From an uncultured Nitrospinota bacterium (lineage in GTDB: Bacteria > Tectomicrobia > Entotheonellia > J063 > CAVPRW01): a stretch of 64,000 nucleotides of DNA. Below, piece after piece: positions 35,438-46,873 of the stretch. A model generated the notes under the pieces. That model saw nothing but the letters and a program-made list of their open reading frames with translations, made no database searches and had not been told where the DNA came from. The position numbers and the translations under genes were made by a program. How positions within the stretch are numbered: position 1 is the first letter of the stretch; every line of letters begins with the position of its first letter. The stretch spans positions 172,776 through 236,775 of the forward strand of contig CAVPRW010000023.1 of assembly GCA_963707985.1 (NCBI GenBank). Reading direction: 5' to 3'.

Positions 35438-36539
35438 TCAGCTGGTGCGTTGTCTGAGTAATTCTTCCGCGATAGCCTTGCGAGTCGCTTCCAATTTCTG
35501 GACCTCGACTTCTGCAGGCGCAATGACCTTATCCCCTAGTGAGGTGATTAATCCCTCCAGGTTTTCGTAGCGGTGGACTTTCAGCACCCAGGAATATTTC
35601 CAGTAGTCTCGAAACATAGCGTAGGGGCGGGTTGCACCTTCCATCAGCGGCTGCACCGGGACTGCCAGAGTTGGCACAATGGCTTCCAACTCTTTAGGAA
35701 GACTACTGGGCTCTGTAAGGTCAGCAATGATGAACCGCGCCATATGCGCCAAGGTCGAGATGGTCTCTGTGAAATCGCGACTCCCAGGCGCTTCAAAATC
35801 AAACAAGATGGGCAGGTAGTTCCGGCGACGTAGCTCTTCTCGCATGGCATCAAGCACGGCTTTCCGTGCCGGGGTAAAGCGGCCCAGGATCAGCACCGCT
35901 TTGGAGGTGATGGTCTCGATGACCTCACGAATCTTCTCGTTGTGGAGCAGTAAATAGATGAACTGCGCCACTTCCAGATTGTCCACTGTGATTTCCGGTT
36001 CATCTTCACCGATGGGTGTGATCACCAAATTCAACTGCTTTGTTCCTTTAATTTTTACATTCCAAGCAGCAATCCCATACACAGAACACCCTATTAGGTC
36101 TGCTCTCTCGAAGTTAGTCTCCACCAAGATGGCTGCCTCTAAGCTTGTCTGATGGAGCTTCGCCTCGGAGAGATTCCGCCTCGGTGAGGTTCGCCTCCAT
36201 AAGGTTTGCTTCGCTGAGGTTCGCCCCGGTGAGGAGCGCCCCTATAAGGTTCGCCCCGGTGAGGTTCGCCCCGGTGAGGTTCGCCTCCATAAGGTTTGCT
36301 TCGCTGAGGTCCGCCCCGGTGAGGTTCGCCTCCATAAGGTTTGCTTCGCTGAGGTCCGCCCCGGTGAGGTTCGCCTCGATGAGGCCCATTCCACGGAGGT
36401 CCGCCTGGCGGAGGTCCACCTTGACGAGGTCCGCCTCGCTGAGGCCTGCATCAATGACATGTGTCAGGTTTCGATTGCGCCAAGCATTCCAGGCTGCTAC
36501 CCCTTCCCTCAGCCGTGCGAGATGTTCCTCATTCGTCAT
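35438..36539 (-). CDS. Pentapeptide-repeat protein with C-terminal alpha/beta domain; frameshift near 36176
   Basis: HLARLREGVAAWNAWR, A(N/D)LxE repeats, then VLILGRF...FIIADLT. Confidence 0.8.
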
Positions 36540-37157
36540 CGCTTATGCCTCCTCCGCCTGGCCATAGGTATTGAGGCCAATGCGACCGTTGCCCGCATAG
36601 CGCAGATTCAGCGATCGTCACCGCTAGCCCGTATCGTTCCGCCGGAGAGTCTACCAAAAACGGAGGTTTTTGGGACGGCATGGCAAACAACAAAATATGT
36701 TGCGGCTGTGTGACGGCAAGAAGCTGCCATCACACACCACAAACCCGATTGCAAGGCTCACAAACGGTGGTTTTTGAGAATCACGGGCAAGAGAAGTGCA
36801 TCGCACACGCGTGGGTGGTTTGCCGTCACCATCCGAAGGGCGCTGACAGTCCCATTAGTCGCCCTCCTTGGGCGCACGTGAAAGCCATCATGTCTTGGGC
36901 TAGAGGGGTGTTGAACGGCCCCATGCGAATTGCATCTTATAACCCTAAGGTGCAACTGAAGTATATCACAGCCACGGAAGTATGCAAAAAATCAAGGGTG
37001 GGGGAGCTCTCAATTTTGACTGAAAGGTGCAATTCAATTAGGAAGGGCATGGTTTTTAAGTCATTGATTAGCGGCTCGTCTTCCGTCGGTATCAAGCCCG
37101 ATACCCGCTCCCACGCCCAAGCCCCTTGGTCCCACTCAACCCCGTCTGGCGCAAGGC

Positions 37158-38045
37158 GGTTCTGTCGCAAGTTTTCATTGGAGTCGTTTTAGGGTATGAT
37201 CCCTCGCTGTGACTGGTTGTGTCGCAAATTTTGCTCAAGAGGTAATGAAGGGGCAGTTGGCCCTGTCTGTGGAGGGATTATGCCGCGAGGGAGTAGAACA
37301 GTTCAGCCACCGTGAGATTCTCGTTTCCCTCCTCAGCCACCAGCTGCCGTTTCTTGAGCATGTGCATCAGTTCGATCCCAACAAGAGTTGACTGCGCCGT
37401 GTCAAACAATTTGAACCCCAACATCGGACGCGTCATCCGCTTGATCGCTCGATGGTCCTGTTCGATAATGTTATTCAAATACTTCACCTGACGGATGATG
37501 ATGTGGGTGCCGTGCACCTCATTGTAGCGTTTAATCGCCGCTTCATTGGCCTCACTGCCATCAATGGTGATCGTCTCGGGGACCCCGTGACGGCGGATCG
37601 CTTGCGTCAGAAAGCGCAACGCGGCCTCGGTATCCTGGTGCTCCGTGAGGAGAAAGTCAATGGTCTGCCCAGACTTGTCTACCGCCCGATACAGATACCG
37701 CCACGCCCCCTTGACGCGGATGTAGGTCTCGTCCATGCGCCAGCTGCGCCCGACCGGGCGCTTGCGGCGGTAGAACGCGGCTTCCAGGTGGAGACTGTAT
37801 TTCACGACCCAGCGCTGGATGGTCGCGTGGTCAATCGGCACCCCGCGCTCCTCCATCAGTTCTTCGACATGCTGGTAACTCAGGGGATACGCCAGATACC
37901 AGCGCACGCAGGTCAGGATAATCTCTTGTGGGAAATGGGCTCCCTTGAAACTCACCGCCATTGTCTCGCTCCCTCTCATAGCACCCGAAGTCACAGCGAG
38001 GGATCATACCCTAAAACGACTCCAATGAAAACTTGCGACAGAACC
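37158..38045 (-). mobile_element. IS6-family element (37215-38045) plus a 57 bp inverted copy of its left end (37158-37214)
   Basis: IRs GGTT(C/G)TGTCGCAA; contains an IS6 transposase. Confidence 0.9.
37278..37961 (-). CDS. IS6 family transposase
   Basis: FKGAHF, WRMDETYI, YLYRAVD, YLNNIIEQDHR. Confidence 0.95.
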   Translation of the reverse strand: MAVSFKGAHFPQEIILTCVRWYLAYPLSYQHVEELMEERGVPIDHATIQRWVVKYSLHLEAAFYRRKRPVGRSWRMDETYIRVKGAWRYLYRAVDKSGQTIDFLLTEHQDTEAALRFLTQAIRRHGVPETITIDGSEANEAAIKRYNEVHGTHIIIRQVKYLNNIIEQDHRAIKRMTRPMLGFKLFDTAQSTLVGIELMHMLKKRQLVAEEGNENLTVAELFYSLAA

Positions 38046-38193
38046 GCTCCGATTCGGCAATCTGTTGCGCGAGAGCGTCCTCGGTCTGGATGATCAGATG
38101 GACCTGCGCATGTTCCGTCACACCGGACACTGGCTCGAGGGGTTTAAAGACCCCATCTTCATAGACCGCTGGAATCGACTGCTGCACACCCAT
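38046..38193 (-). pseudogene. DUF104/AF2212-like antitoxin truncated by IS6
   Basis: IPAVYEDGVFKPLEPV; no partner toxin present. Confidence 0.7.
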
Positions 38194-38437
38194 GGCCAGC
38201 ACTCCTCTCGCTGTGACACGTCTCTCTCTGACGTGGTCGCACAGCATCTTTGGGCAGAAAAAATTGGTAGTGCACTCCATGGCATGCTTTTTCTCGAACA
38301 CCCGCTACGACCATTGTTGATATGCAACGGGTTCTAACGCCGCTATGGCCGGTGAGCATGACGTGGATCTCACAACCGTCATCACGGCCCCGAATCGGCA
38401 GATCTGAGCCGAGTCGCAACAGACCTCACCACCAGGG

Positions 38438-38950
38438 CTAGCCTCCAAGACGTGTGATCAGCACCCACATGGGTCTCTTGCCCACGGCATACGTCTCTAG
38501 GGGCGTGAGCGCACCCGTCTCACGATTGACCCGATACGAGGCCAGACGGTTCGACGTCGAACCGGCGGCGAAGACGAATTTGCCCTCGGGGTCGAGGCTG
38601 AAGGCGCTTGGGACCGCTTCGGTCGATACGTGCCCGATGGCCGTCAACCGCCCGGAGGAGGCATCGACGGAGAAGCCCGCGATACTGTTGTGGCCGCGGT
38701 TCGGCGCATACAAGAATGTCCCCGACGGGCGTGATTTGAATCTGCGAGCAGGTGTTCCTTTCGGTGTAACCGGCGGGGAGCGTCGTGATCGTTTGAAACG
38801 CCGACAACGTGCCCGCAGACGTGTCGAGACGATAGCCGGTGACACTGCAACCCTGCTCGTTGGAAAAGTAGAGGATGTTTTGGGTGGGATGAAAGCAATA
38901 GTGGCGCGGCCCCAGGTGTTCGGCCGGCTCGACCCGTATTGGCATTGATC
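38438..38950 (-). pseudogene. Lactonase (6-phosphogluconolactonase-like beta-propeller), C-terminal fragment with frameshift
   Basis: GPRHYCFHP, FLYAPNRGHNSIA, VGKRPMWV. Confidence 0.8.
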
Positions 38951-39414
38951 GACCTCCTCCGCATGCGCTCACGTTTCTTACCGTCTATGTCATGGTACAG
39001 CGCCACGATAAAAGCCAGTGGCGCGTGGAGGATAGGGGGCAACGTCGCAGGCCTCCTCGCGGTTGCGCATCAGGAAAACCCCGGACGTATGGGGCAAGGA
39101 TGCCTGTGAGAGAAAAAAATGTCAAGGATTTGGCGAGCTACAGTCTATTGGAAGCGTTAAGTAGACAGGGGAGAAGCTCCCCGGAAGTGACGCCTCGACT
39201 CAACCCCGAGCCCCCCGGAATCTCTCGGTCTCCATCCCCTGGGGTATGGTGTTCCGTTGTCGTTCACAGCAAAAAGTCTGGTAACATGGTGGCCGTCGTA
39301 GCTTCATACCTATACCCTGTCAGGACGCCTGCCACGTCAGCGCCGAAGAAACCGAGCTGGGTAGGGAAAGCCCGAAGCGCCGTATCGTCCGCACAGGATC
39401 AGGGGGTAGACGAG

Positions 39415-40839
39415 GTGAAAGACCATGACGGACCGAACAAATGGCTGGTGACGGCGACCGTCGTGTGTGGTACCCTCTGCATCGGCGTCACCATGAGCAT
39501 GATGAACCTCGCCGTCCCCTTGATGATCTCCGATCTGCACACGGACATCGACACCATCCAGTGGATCATCACCGGGCCGATGCTGGTAAACATCGCACTC
39601 GTCCCCGTGGTGAACTGGCTCACGACCCTCATCGGCACCCGTCAGGTATACTTGTGGGCCATCGCCATCTGGATTGCGACCTCGCTGCCCTGCGGGCTGG
39701 CGGACACGGCTAGGGGAGTAATCTTCTACCGCCTGCTCCAGGGCATCGGGGGAAGCCTGCACATTCCGACGGTGATCACCGTCATGTATCAAGCCTTCCC
39801 ACCCCATCAGCGGGGGCTGGCAATGGGGCTCCAGCAGGGAGCGCAGTGGGTCGCTCCGGCTGTGGGCATGACCCTGGGCGGCCATCTTCTACAGCTGCAT
39901 GGCTGGCGGGTGCTGTTTTTCTATCCCATCCCCATCGGCCTGATCAGCATCGCGCTAGCCCTGTGGGGGATCCCCAAGATGCGGGACGCTACCCACCATG
40001 CCCTGGACTGGTGGGGATTGGCAACGCTCACGCCGGCGCTCACCCTGCTACTCTTCGCCCTGAGTCAGAGCCAACGGCCGGGCTGGAGCCGCCAGGCTCT
40101 TCTCCTGTTGATCGCCGCCGGGCTCATCGGCCTGGTCGTCTTCGCACTGATGGAGCGTGGGCAGAAGGCCCCGGTCATCGACTTTGGGCTGCTTCGTGAG
40201 CGTGCCTTGAGTGCCGCTTGCAGCGTCTACTTCCTGAACACGTTTACGGGAATGGGAGTGAATTTTGCCATCATCGTCTATCTGCAACATGCGCTCGGCT
40301 ACAGTCCGCTGCAAGTCGGGTTCTTGCTCCTTCCAGCGACGATAGGGCGTGTGGGTGGCGAGCTGGCGGCTGGCCATCTTGCCGACCGCTTCGGGGCTCG
40401 TGGGCTGAGTCTAGCCGGACTGCTGATCTTTGCCGTCTCATGTGCTGCTCTGGGACGGATAGGTCAACAGTCCGGTAGCACGCTGATTGGGGGGCTATTG
40501 ATTGTCGGCAATCTCGGTATGGCGCTCAGTAACTCCCCGATGATCTATGCCGGTCTGCGGACCTTGCGCCATGAGCAGATCGGCATGGGCAGTGGCCTGC
40601 TGAGCCTGGTGCGGATCAGCGGCGGCACGTTTGGCGTGGGAGCTGTCGGCCCCCTGGTGACAATCGCCGAGCGCTGGAGCGGTATTAGCCTGGCAGGAGA
40701 CTCGCTGCCTCGCGAGGTCCAGGCGACCTCGCTATTGGCTGGCTATCACATCTATTTTTTCCTGATGGCACTGTTGATTTTGAGCACGATGCTCCCAGCG
40801 TCCCTGGTGCCGCCGGCTTCGCGGCACGCCGAGGGGTAA
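39415..40839 (+). CDS. MFS transporter, DHA2-like
   Basis: Many TM helices; YRLLQGIGG, PHQRGLAMG, GWRVLF, LADRFGAR. Confidence 0.9.
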   Translation: MKDHDGPNKWLVTATVVCGTLCIGVTMSMMNLAVPLMISDLHTDIDTIQWIITGPMLVNIALVPVVNWLTTLIGTRQVYLWAIAIWIATSLPCGLADTARGVIFYRLLQGIGGSLHIPTVITVMYQAFPPHQRGLAMGLQQGAQWVAPAVGMTLGGHLLQLHGWRVLFFYPIPIGLISIALALWGIPKMRDATHHALDWWGLATLTPALTLLLFALSQSQRPGWSRQALLLLIAAGLIGLVVFALMERGQKAPVIDFGLLRERALSAACSVYFLNTFTGMGVNFAIIVYLQHALGYSPLQVGFLLLPATIGRVGGELAAGHLADRFGARGLSLAGLLIFAVSCAALGRIGQQSGSTLIGGLLIVGNLGMALSNSPMIYAGLRTLRHEQIGMGSGLLSLVRISGGTFGVGAVGPLVTIAERWSGISLAGDSLPREVQATSLLAGYHIYFFLMALLILSTMLPASLVPPASRHAEG

Positions 40840-40863
40840 GCGCTTGTCTGCGAGGAGGAGGCG

Positions 40864-43198
40864 ATGAATCGTAGCCTGCTGGAGGACCTGCAAGCCGCTG
40901 TCCCCAAGTATACGGGCACATTATCTCTGCGAGGGTTGGCGCACCCTGTGCAGATCTACCGCGACCAGCTGGGCATTCCGCACCTGCGGGCGCACTCGGT
41001 GCCTGATGCCTTTTTCGCGCAGGGGTTTGTGCACGCCCAGGACCGCCTCTGGCAAATGGATTTCGATCGCCACCGCGCCTATGGGAGAGCTGCTGAATAT
41101 CTCGGCCCCAGGGCCATTCCACAGGATGTGTTGCTACGCCGCCTCCGCCTAGAGGCCAGCGCTCGGGCTGACTATCAGGCGGTCAACGTCGAGACCCGCA
41201 CCATGCTGGACGCCTACGCGGCAGGCGTGAATGCGTTTGTGCAGGCGACAGACCGGTTGCCGATCGAGTATCAACTCCTGGCCACCTCTCCAGAGCCCTG
41301 GCAGCCTTGGGACGCCTGCGCCGTGTTCAAAGTCCGGCATGTGTTCACCGGGGGCGTGTGGCAGGGAAAACTCTGGCGCGCGCGACTCCTTCGTCAGATC
41401 GGACCGGAGCTGACCGCCAAACTGTACGCTGACGAGTCCTCCGGTCAACCGTTGATCATCCCCCCTGGCCTGGATTATTGTGGTCCTGCGCTGAACGGTC
41501 TGGAGGCGCTGCGCGCTGGCGCAGCCGTGGTGAGCGTGCTGCAAGAGCTCGAGGGTGGTAGCAATAACTGGGTTCTCATTGGCCAGCGCAGCGCCAGTGG
41601 TGCTCCGCTGCTCGCCGGCGACCCCCACCGGGCGCTCGATACTCCCAATGTGTTCTATCAAAATCACCTCGCGTGCCCCGAGTTCGATGCTGTGGGGTTG
41701 TCGTTCCCAGGCGTGCCAGGGCTGCCCCACTTCGGCCATAACCGCGCCGTCGCCTGGTGTGTCACCACCGCCATGGCAGACTACCAGGACCTCTACCTCG
41801 AACGCTTCCACCCCGGCAACCCGCAGCTCTATGAGAGTCGAGGGACAATGGCGTCCGGTGCAGCACCAGCGCGAGGTGATTCGGGTGCGCCACGGCCAGC
41901 CAGTGGAGATCGACGTCAGCGTCACCCATCATGGCCCGATCATCATTGGCGATCCGGCCCAGGGATATGCCCTCGCCTTGCGCTATACGGCGCTGGCCGA
42001 GCCCAATGCCAGCTTCGATGCGCTCCTTCCGATGCTGCGTGCGCCTGGTGCCGACGCGTTCGAGGAGGCACTGCGCCCCTGGGTCGATCCCTGCAATAAC
42101 ATCCTGTTCGCCGACGTGCACGGTCAGATCGGCTACAGAACGCGGGGCCAGGTGCCGATTCGTTCCAGGGCCAACGCCTGGTTGCCGGTGCCCGGCTGGA
42201 CGGCTGCACATGACTGGCAAGGGATAATTCCCTTCGAGGACATGCCACACCTGCGCAACCCTGAGGCCGGCTTTATGGCCACGGCGAATAACCGCATCGT
42301 CGATGAGACGTATCCGCATTACCTGGCGCTGCATTATGAACCGGGTTTCCGGGCTCGACGCATCCGCGACCGTCTCCGCCCCTTGACTGCGGCCAGCGGG
42401 GCGGATATGGCGACCATCCAGGCCGATCGTGTCTCGATTCCCGCCCAAGCCTTTGTTGGCATGCTGGGGCATGTGGAAGTGGTCGATACGCTCTCCGCCC
42501 AGGCCAGGTCATTCCTGCAGCAATGGGACGGCACCATGGCACCGGACAGTGTGGCCGCGACGATCTATGCCGTGTGCCGGGATGAATTGATGCGACTGGT
42601 CATGGAGCCGGTGTTGGGGCCGTTGGCACGTGAGGCACTCGGGGGCGGTCTCTATGGTACCCTCATGCCGTTGGGGCAACTGCGGGAGCGATTATTGATC
42701 ATGATGCAGGCGGATGATCGCACGCTGTTGCCGGCTGGCGAGACGTGGGTGTCATTGTTGGCGCAGGCCCTGGCGCGGACGGTGGCGTGGTTACGACAAA
42801 CATTAGGAGACGACCCGCAGCACTGGCAATGGGCACGACTACATCGCACCACGCCCCGGCACCCTCTTGCAGCCGAGTTCGCGGAGTTTGCCGAAGGGCT
42901 GAACCCGCCCGCAGTTGCGACCGGCGGCGATGGGGACACCGTGCAGGCGGCATCGATCAGCGCCACGGGCGGGTACACCGTGGGTGGCACTGCGGTGACG
43001 CGTTTCGTCTTCGATCTGAACGATTGGCAGCATAGCGCCTGGGTGGTACCGCTCGGGGCCTCCGGCCATCCCGGCAGTCCGCATTACACCGATCAGGCCG
43101 CTACCTGGGCGGCCGTCCAGCTCTATCCGATGCTCTACGACTGGACACAGATCAGTGCTGAGGCGGAAACGCAGCAGAGTCTGGAGCCGATGGTGTGA
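40864..43198 (+). CDS. Penicillin acylase family Ntn hydrolase; frameshift near 41837
   Basis: [39 protein letters not shown]. Confidence 0.9.
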
Positions 43199-43201
43199 TC
43201 G

Positions 43202-44675
43202 TCACCAACTCCAATGACTGGGGAGCTGCGGTGTAGATGTCGTCCGATTGGGTGGACCTGTGATCGTTAACAGGATGAGCAATCGACTGTCGACTCCCGG
43301 CTCAGCGTGCGCACGAATCCTAAGCTGATAGGTCTGGTCTGCGGCTGTGAGCGGTGCGGTTCCGCTGATGTGGAGTTGTTCATGATCTAATAACAGCCAG
43401 TGGGGCGCGTCGCCGGGTGCCTCAAGCGTGACTTGGACGGGCCTCTCCTCAGGTGGGTATGCCAATGTTGGCAAGGGGAACACAAACGGCACTCCGGCTT
43501 CGGCATGGTATGAGACCTGGAGATGATTCCACTGGAGACTGCGGGGTGGTCCTTTCCCATCCGACGGTTCTGGACCTGCCTCATTCGAATGCCTCCACAA
43601 CGCTTGGTCGGGAGCAGCTGACGGCCCATCGACCAGATGGGTCGCTCCAGATAAGGGGGGCGTCTGGCCAGAGGCGACGTCAGAACCGTCCCATGGCGTT
43701 TCTGAGCCAGCATTGGAGGCCAGCGTTAGGCGTTCGAGAGGCTGGGATCGATACAAGGCCAGCCAGGCTCCACCGCCCAGGGTCAGGGCGAGAGCCAGAG
43801 CAACGCCCTGCGCAGTCAGGAACTTTCGCCATGGTGAATTCCACGTCAGATGGAACCCCCGTCCGCCTTCCTGCCCTTGCACCTCCACCCACGCCTGGCG
43901 GATGTGCTTGGTGATTGATGCGGTGGCTGCCGTGGACATAGGCGGCAAGCATGGCACGATCGCAGAGTAGGTTGATTTTGCGTGGAATTCCTCTGGAAAG
44001 CCGAAAGATGACGGTAAAGGCGCCTCGGGAAAACTGCACCCTCCCGCGTGACCCTGCCACTACCAGCCGGTGATGGATATAGTCCCCGGTTTCCTGACGG
44101 TTCAAGGGCCGGAGATGATAGCGCAGGGCAATGCGTTGGTTGAGCTGGCGCAGATCCGGTCTGGCTAGCTGCTGCCGAAACTCAGGCTGACCAACGAATA
44201 CGATTTGTAAGAGTTTTCCCCGCTCGGTTTCGAGATTCGACAGCATCCGAATCTGCTCCAACACGGGGGGCGCCAGATTTTGCGCCTCATCGATGATCAG
44301 CACCGCATTGCGACCAGCACTAAATTCCCGGATCAAATATCCCTGCAGCGTATCGATCAACTCTTTTCGCGTGGCTCCCGACGCCGCGATGCCGAAGTCC
44401 TCGTTGATCGACCGTAGTAGGTCAAGCTCAGACAGGAATGAATTGAAAATGAGGGCCGTCCGCACGTTTCCGCCCACATGGTCGAGCAGCGTTCGACACA
44501 GCAAGGTCTTTCCAGTCCCCACCTCACCGGTGATGGCGATGAAGCCCTGGCGTTCTTCAATCCCATGTAGCAGGTATCCGAGAGCTTCTTGATGGGATTG
44601 ACTGCGGAACAGGAAGCGGGGGTTGGGAGTGATGCTAAAAGGGTCCTCGTGAAGGCTGAAAAATGACTGGTACAT
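43202..44675 (-). CDS. ExeA-family AAA ATPase with TM and C-terminal Ig-like domain; frameshift near 43910
   Basis: PFSITPNPRF, GEVGTGKT, IIDEAQNL, GIPRKINLLC. Confidence 0.85.
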
Positions 44676-45177
44676 CACAGGCTTTCCGGACGAGCCACAG
44701 CGCCAACACGGTGAATCCGCCTGAGCTACCGACGTCATGCGATCGCAGGCTGGAGCTACAAAGGTCGCATCACATCGACGGGGATAAGACGAAATGCCAG
44801 TAACCACCAGTGGACCCTGTGGCCCATTGGTGGTTTGGTCGACCGCTGTGAGGGCGTAGACACCTGCGTCTAGGCATATCGGATGCCGGCCTCGAGCTGT
44901 GTTGATCTCATGGAGGGCCGAGGGCAGGTATCACCCGTCCTCGACCCCACCATCCACATGCGCGATAGCCAGTTCCGACACATTCAGCCAAGCACGACCA
45001 GATTAACCCCTCTTATACCTTAGTACACATCATTGTCAAGAAAAACGTTGCCGGATTTCTTCGCGGCCCAGTGCAGACGTTCTAATCTTGCCTCTCGTAC
45101 CGGATCGGCGATAATCGCTTGCATTGGGCTAGCTTTCGCCTACCACCATGCCCCCGGATGGTAGAGGATACACGGTG

Positions 45178-46106
45178 ATGGCATCCTTGCAACAAACGCT
45201 GCAAGCGGTCTCATTCCTGCCGCTCCGCCTTGTCCTCAAAGCGACTACGCCGCTTGATCTGCCACCTTTTAAAGGGTCTACCTTCCGCGGCGCCTTCGGC
45301 CATGCCTTCAAGGAAACCGTGTGCGTCGTCGAGCATCGCGACTGTGCCCGTTGCCTCCTGCGGACGCGCTGGGCCTATCCCTACATTTTCGACACGCCCG
45401 TGCCGGAAGGGGCCACACGCATGCGGAAATACCCGAAGGCCCTCCATCCCTTCGTGCTCCTGCCACCGTTGGAGACGAAGACACGCTATGAACCCAGTCG
45501 ACTCCCTGGTATTCGACCTGACGCTGATCGGGCGTGGCAGCGATTTCCTCCCCTACTTCCTGTATACCTTCGAACAGTTAGGGGCTCGGCGTGGAATCGG
45601 CCGGGGACGAGGTCGGTTTGCTGTCGAGAGTGCCCTGTGGCTCGGCCCGGAGGGCCGTGAGGTGCCCATCTACCGGGGCGATGACAAAGTCCTGCACAGC
45701 GGCTTTCACCCCGTCACGGTGCGGGATCTTGCGATCCCCGAGGATGCAGTTGACCACGCCATCTTGACCTGTCTGACCCCGGCACGCATCGTCTTCCTCA
45801 GCCCTGGATTTTCATGTCGTGATCCGCACGCTGCTGCGGCGGGTTTCCAATCTTAGCTATTTTCATGCCGGCACCGAGGAGAGCCTGGATTTTCGCGCCC
45901 TGATTGCCGAGGCACAGCGTATCGCGACCATCAGCAGTGACATGCATTGGGTAGACTGGGAGCGCTATTCCGCCCGACAGGATACGTGTATGCTGATGGG
46001 AGGTGTCCTCGGGCAGGTTACATATGGTGGCAACCTCCGGGGGTTTCTTCCATTCCTGCGCCTCTGCGACTACATCCATTGTCCCGCGGCCCTGCAAGCG
46101 AAGTGA
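45178..46106 (+). pseudogene. cas6: Orphan Cas6-like endoribonuclease, two frameshifts and C-terminal truncation
   Basis: FKGSTFRGAFG, CxxC, HPFVL, GIGRGRGRF, DWERYSARQ...MGG; terminal Gly-rich loop missing. Confidence 0.8.
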
Positions 46107-46684
46107 AACCCGCTTGGCCGCGAGGACCTTAGCGTATCTCGGATGAGCGTCCAGAAAAGCGCTCATATGTTACTCCTCTGCTATCATTATCCAGCATCTA
46201 GATATTCTTACATCACTCATGTTAAACAGCAGTAATCTGTAGTTGATCGATTAATCGTCTTTTTTTGATCTATTATTGCATATTTTGGTATTTTGCGCTT
46301 TCGTATAGAGAAGTGTTTTCGAAAACTTATGAAATCAATTCCTTGCCCACTAAGACGCGATTGTAACGACCTGATTGTGATGCCTTACAGCGAACAGGGA
46401 CATCCCAAAAATGTGAACGCCCAAGATTTTAACCTATGGTATAACATTTGAGCTCGCATTTATCCAATCATTACCCAGTTTCAAACTTTCCTTATAACTG
46501 CCTGATTTTACAAACTCTTGTTCAGCCTAACCGCAACGCCACGGCAGAGGAATAAGTCAACGGCACCGGCCAAGCAAAATTCCGGCGGCCGTCAAACTTT
46601 AAAAGCACTGTACTTTGAAACCTTTGCTCACATGTGGGAAACTGTCGCAAAAAATGACGGAACCATGAATCGGAGTGTTATACA

Positions 46685-46711
46685 GAAAACGGTAGAATAG
46701 CTTGTTCGGGC
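46685..46711 (+). other. Putative attI site at the head of the cassette array
   Basis: GTAGAAT-AGCTT-G/TTCGGGC after an AT-rich non-coding region; no attC hairpin upstream. Confidence 0.55.
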
Positions 46712-46805
46712 GGACACGCTTCGCGCCGCCGAACCAGGCTGCTGCACCTGCCGCGGCGGCCGTCAAGCCTTCGGCTCGCCGTCCCCCGCGCAGGTGAGCG
46801 CCGCG
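46705..46805 (+). repeat. Gene-less mini-cassette family 1 (internally deleted copy)
   Basis: Matches 52538-52697 apart from a 59 bp deletion between CGCTTCGCGC repeats. Confidence 0.8.
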
Positions 46806-46873
46806 TTGGGCACCTTGGACGAAGTCGTGGTGAGCAAGGCAAGGCGAATCGATTACGGGTCGGAGGACATCAA

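Noticed and set aside
36170..36445. Tandem 15/45 bp repeats as a non-coding array
   Set aside because: Explained by pentapeptide-repeat coding sequence.
46518..46700. 60 aa ORF ending SVIQKTV as an IntI fragment
   Set aside because: Only a short resemblance, wrong orientation relative to the putative attI, no other IntI motifs.
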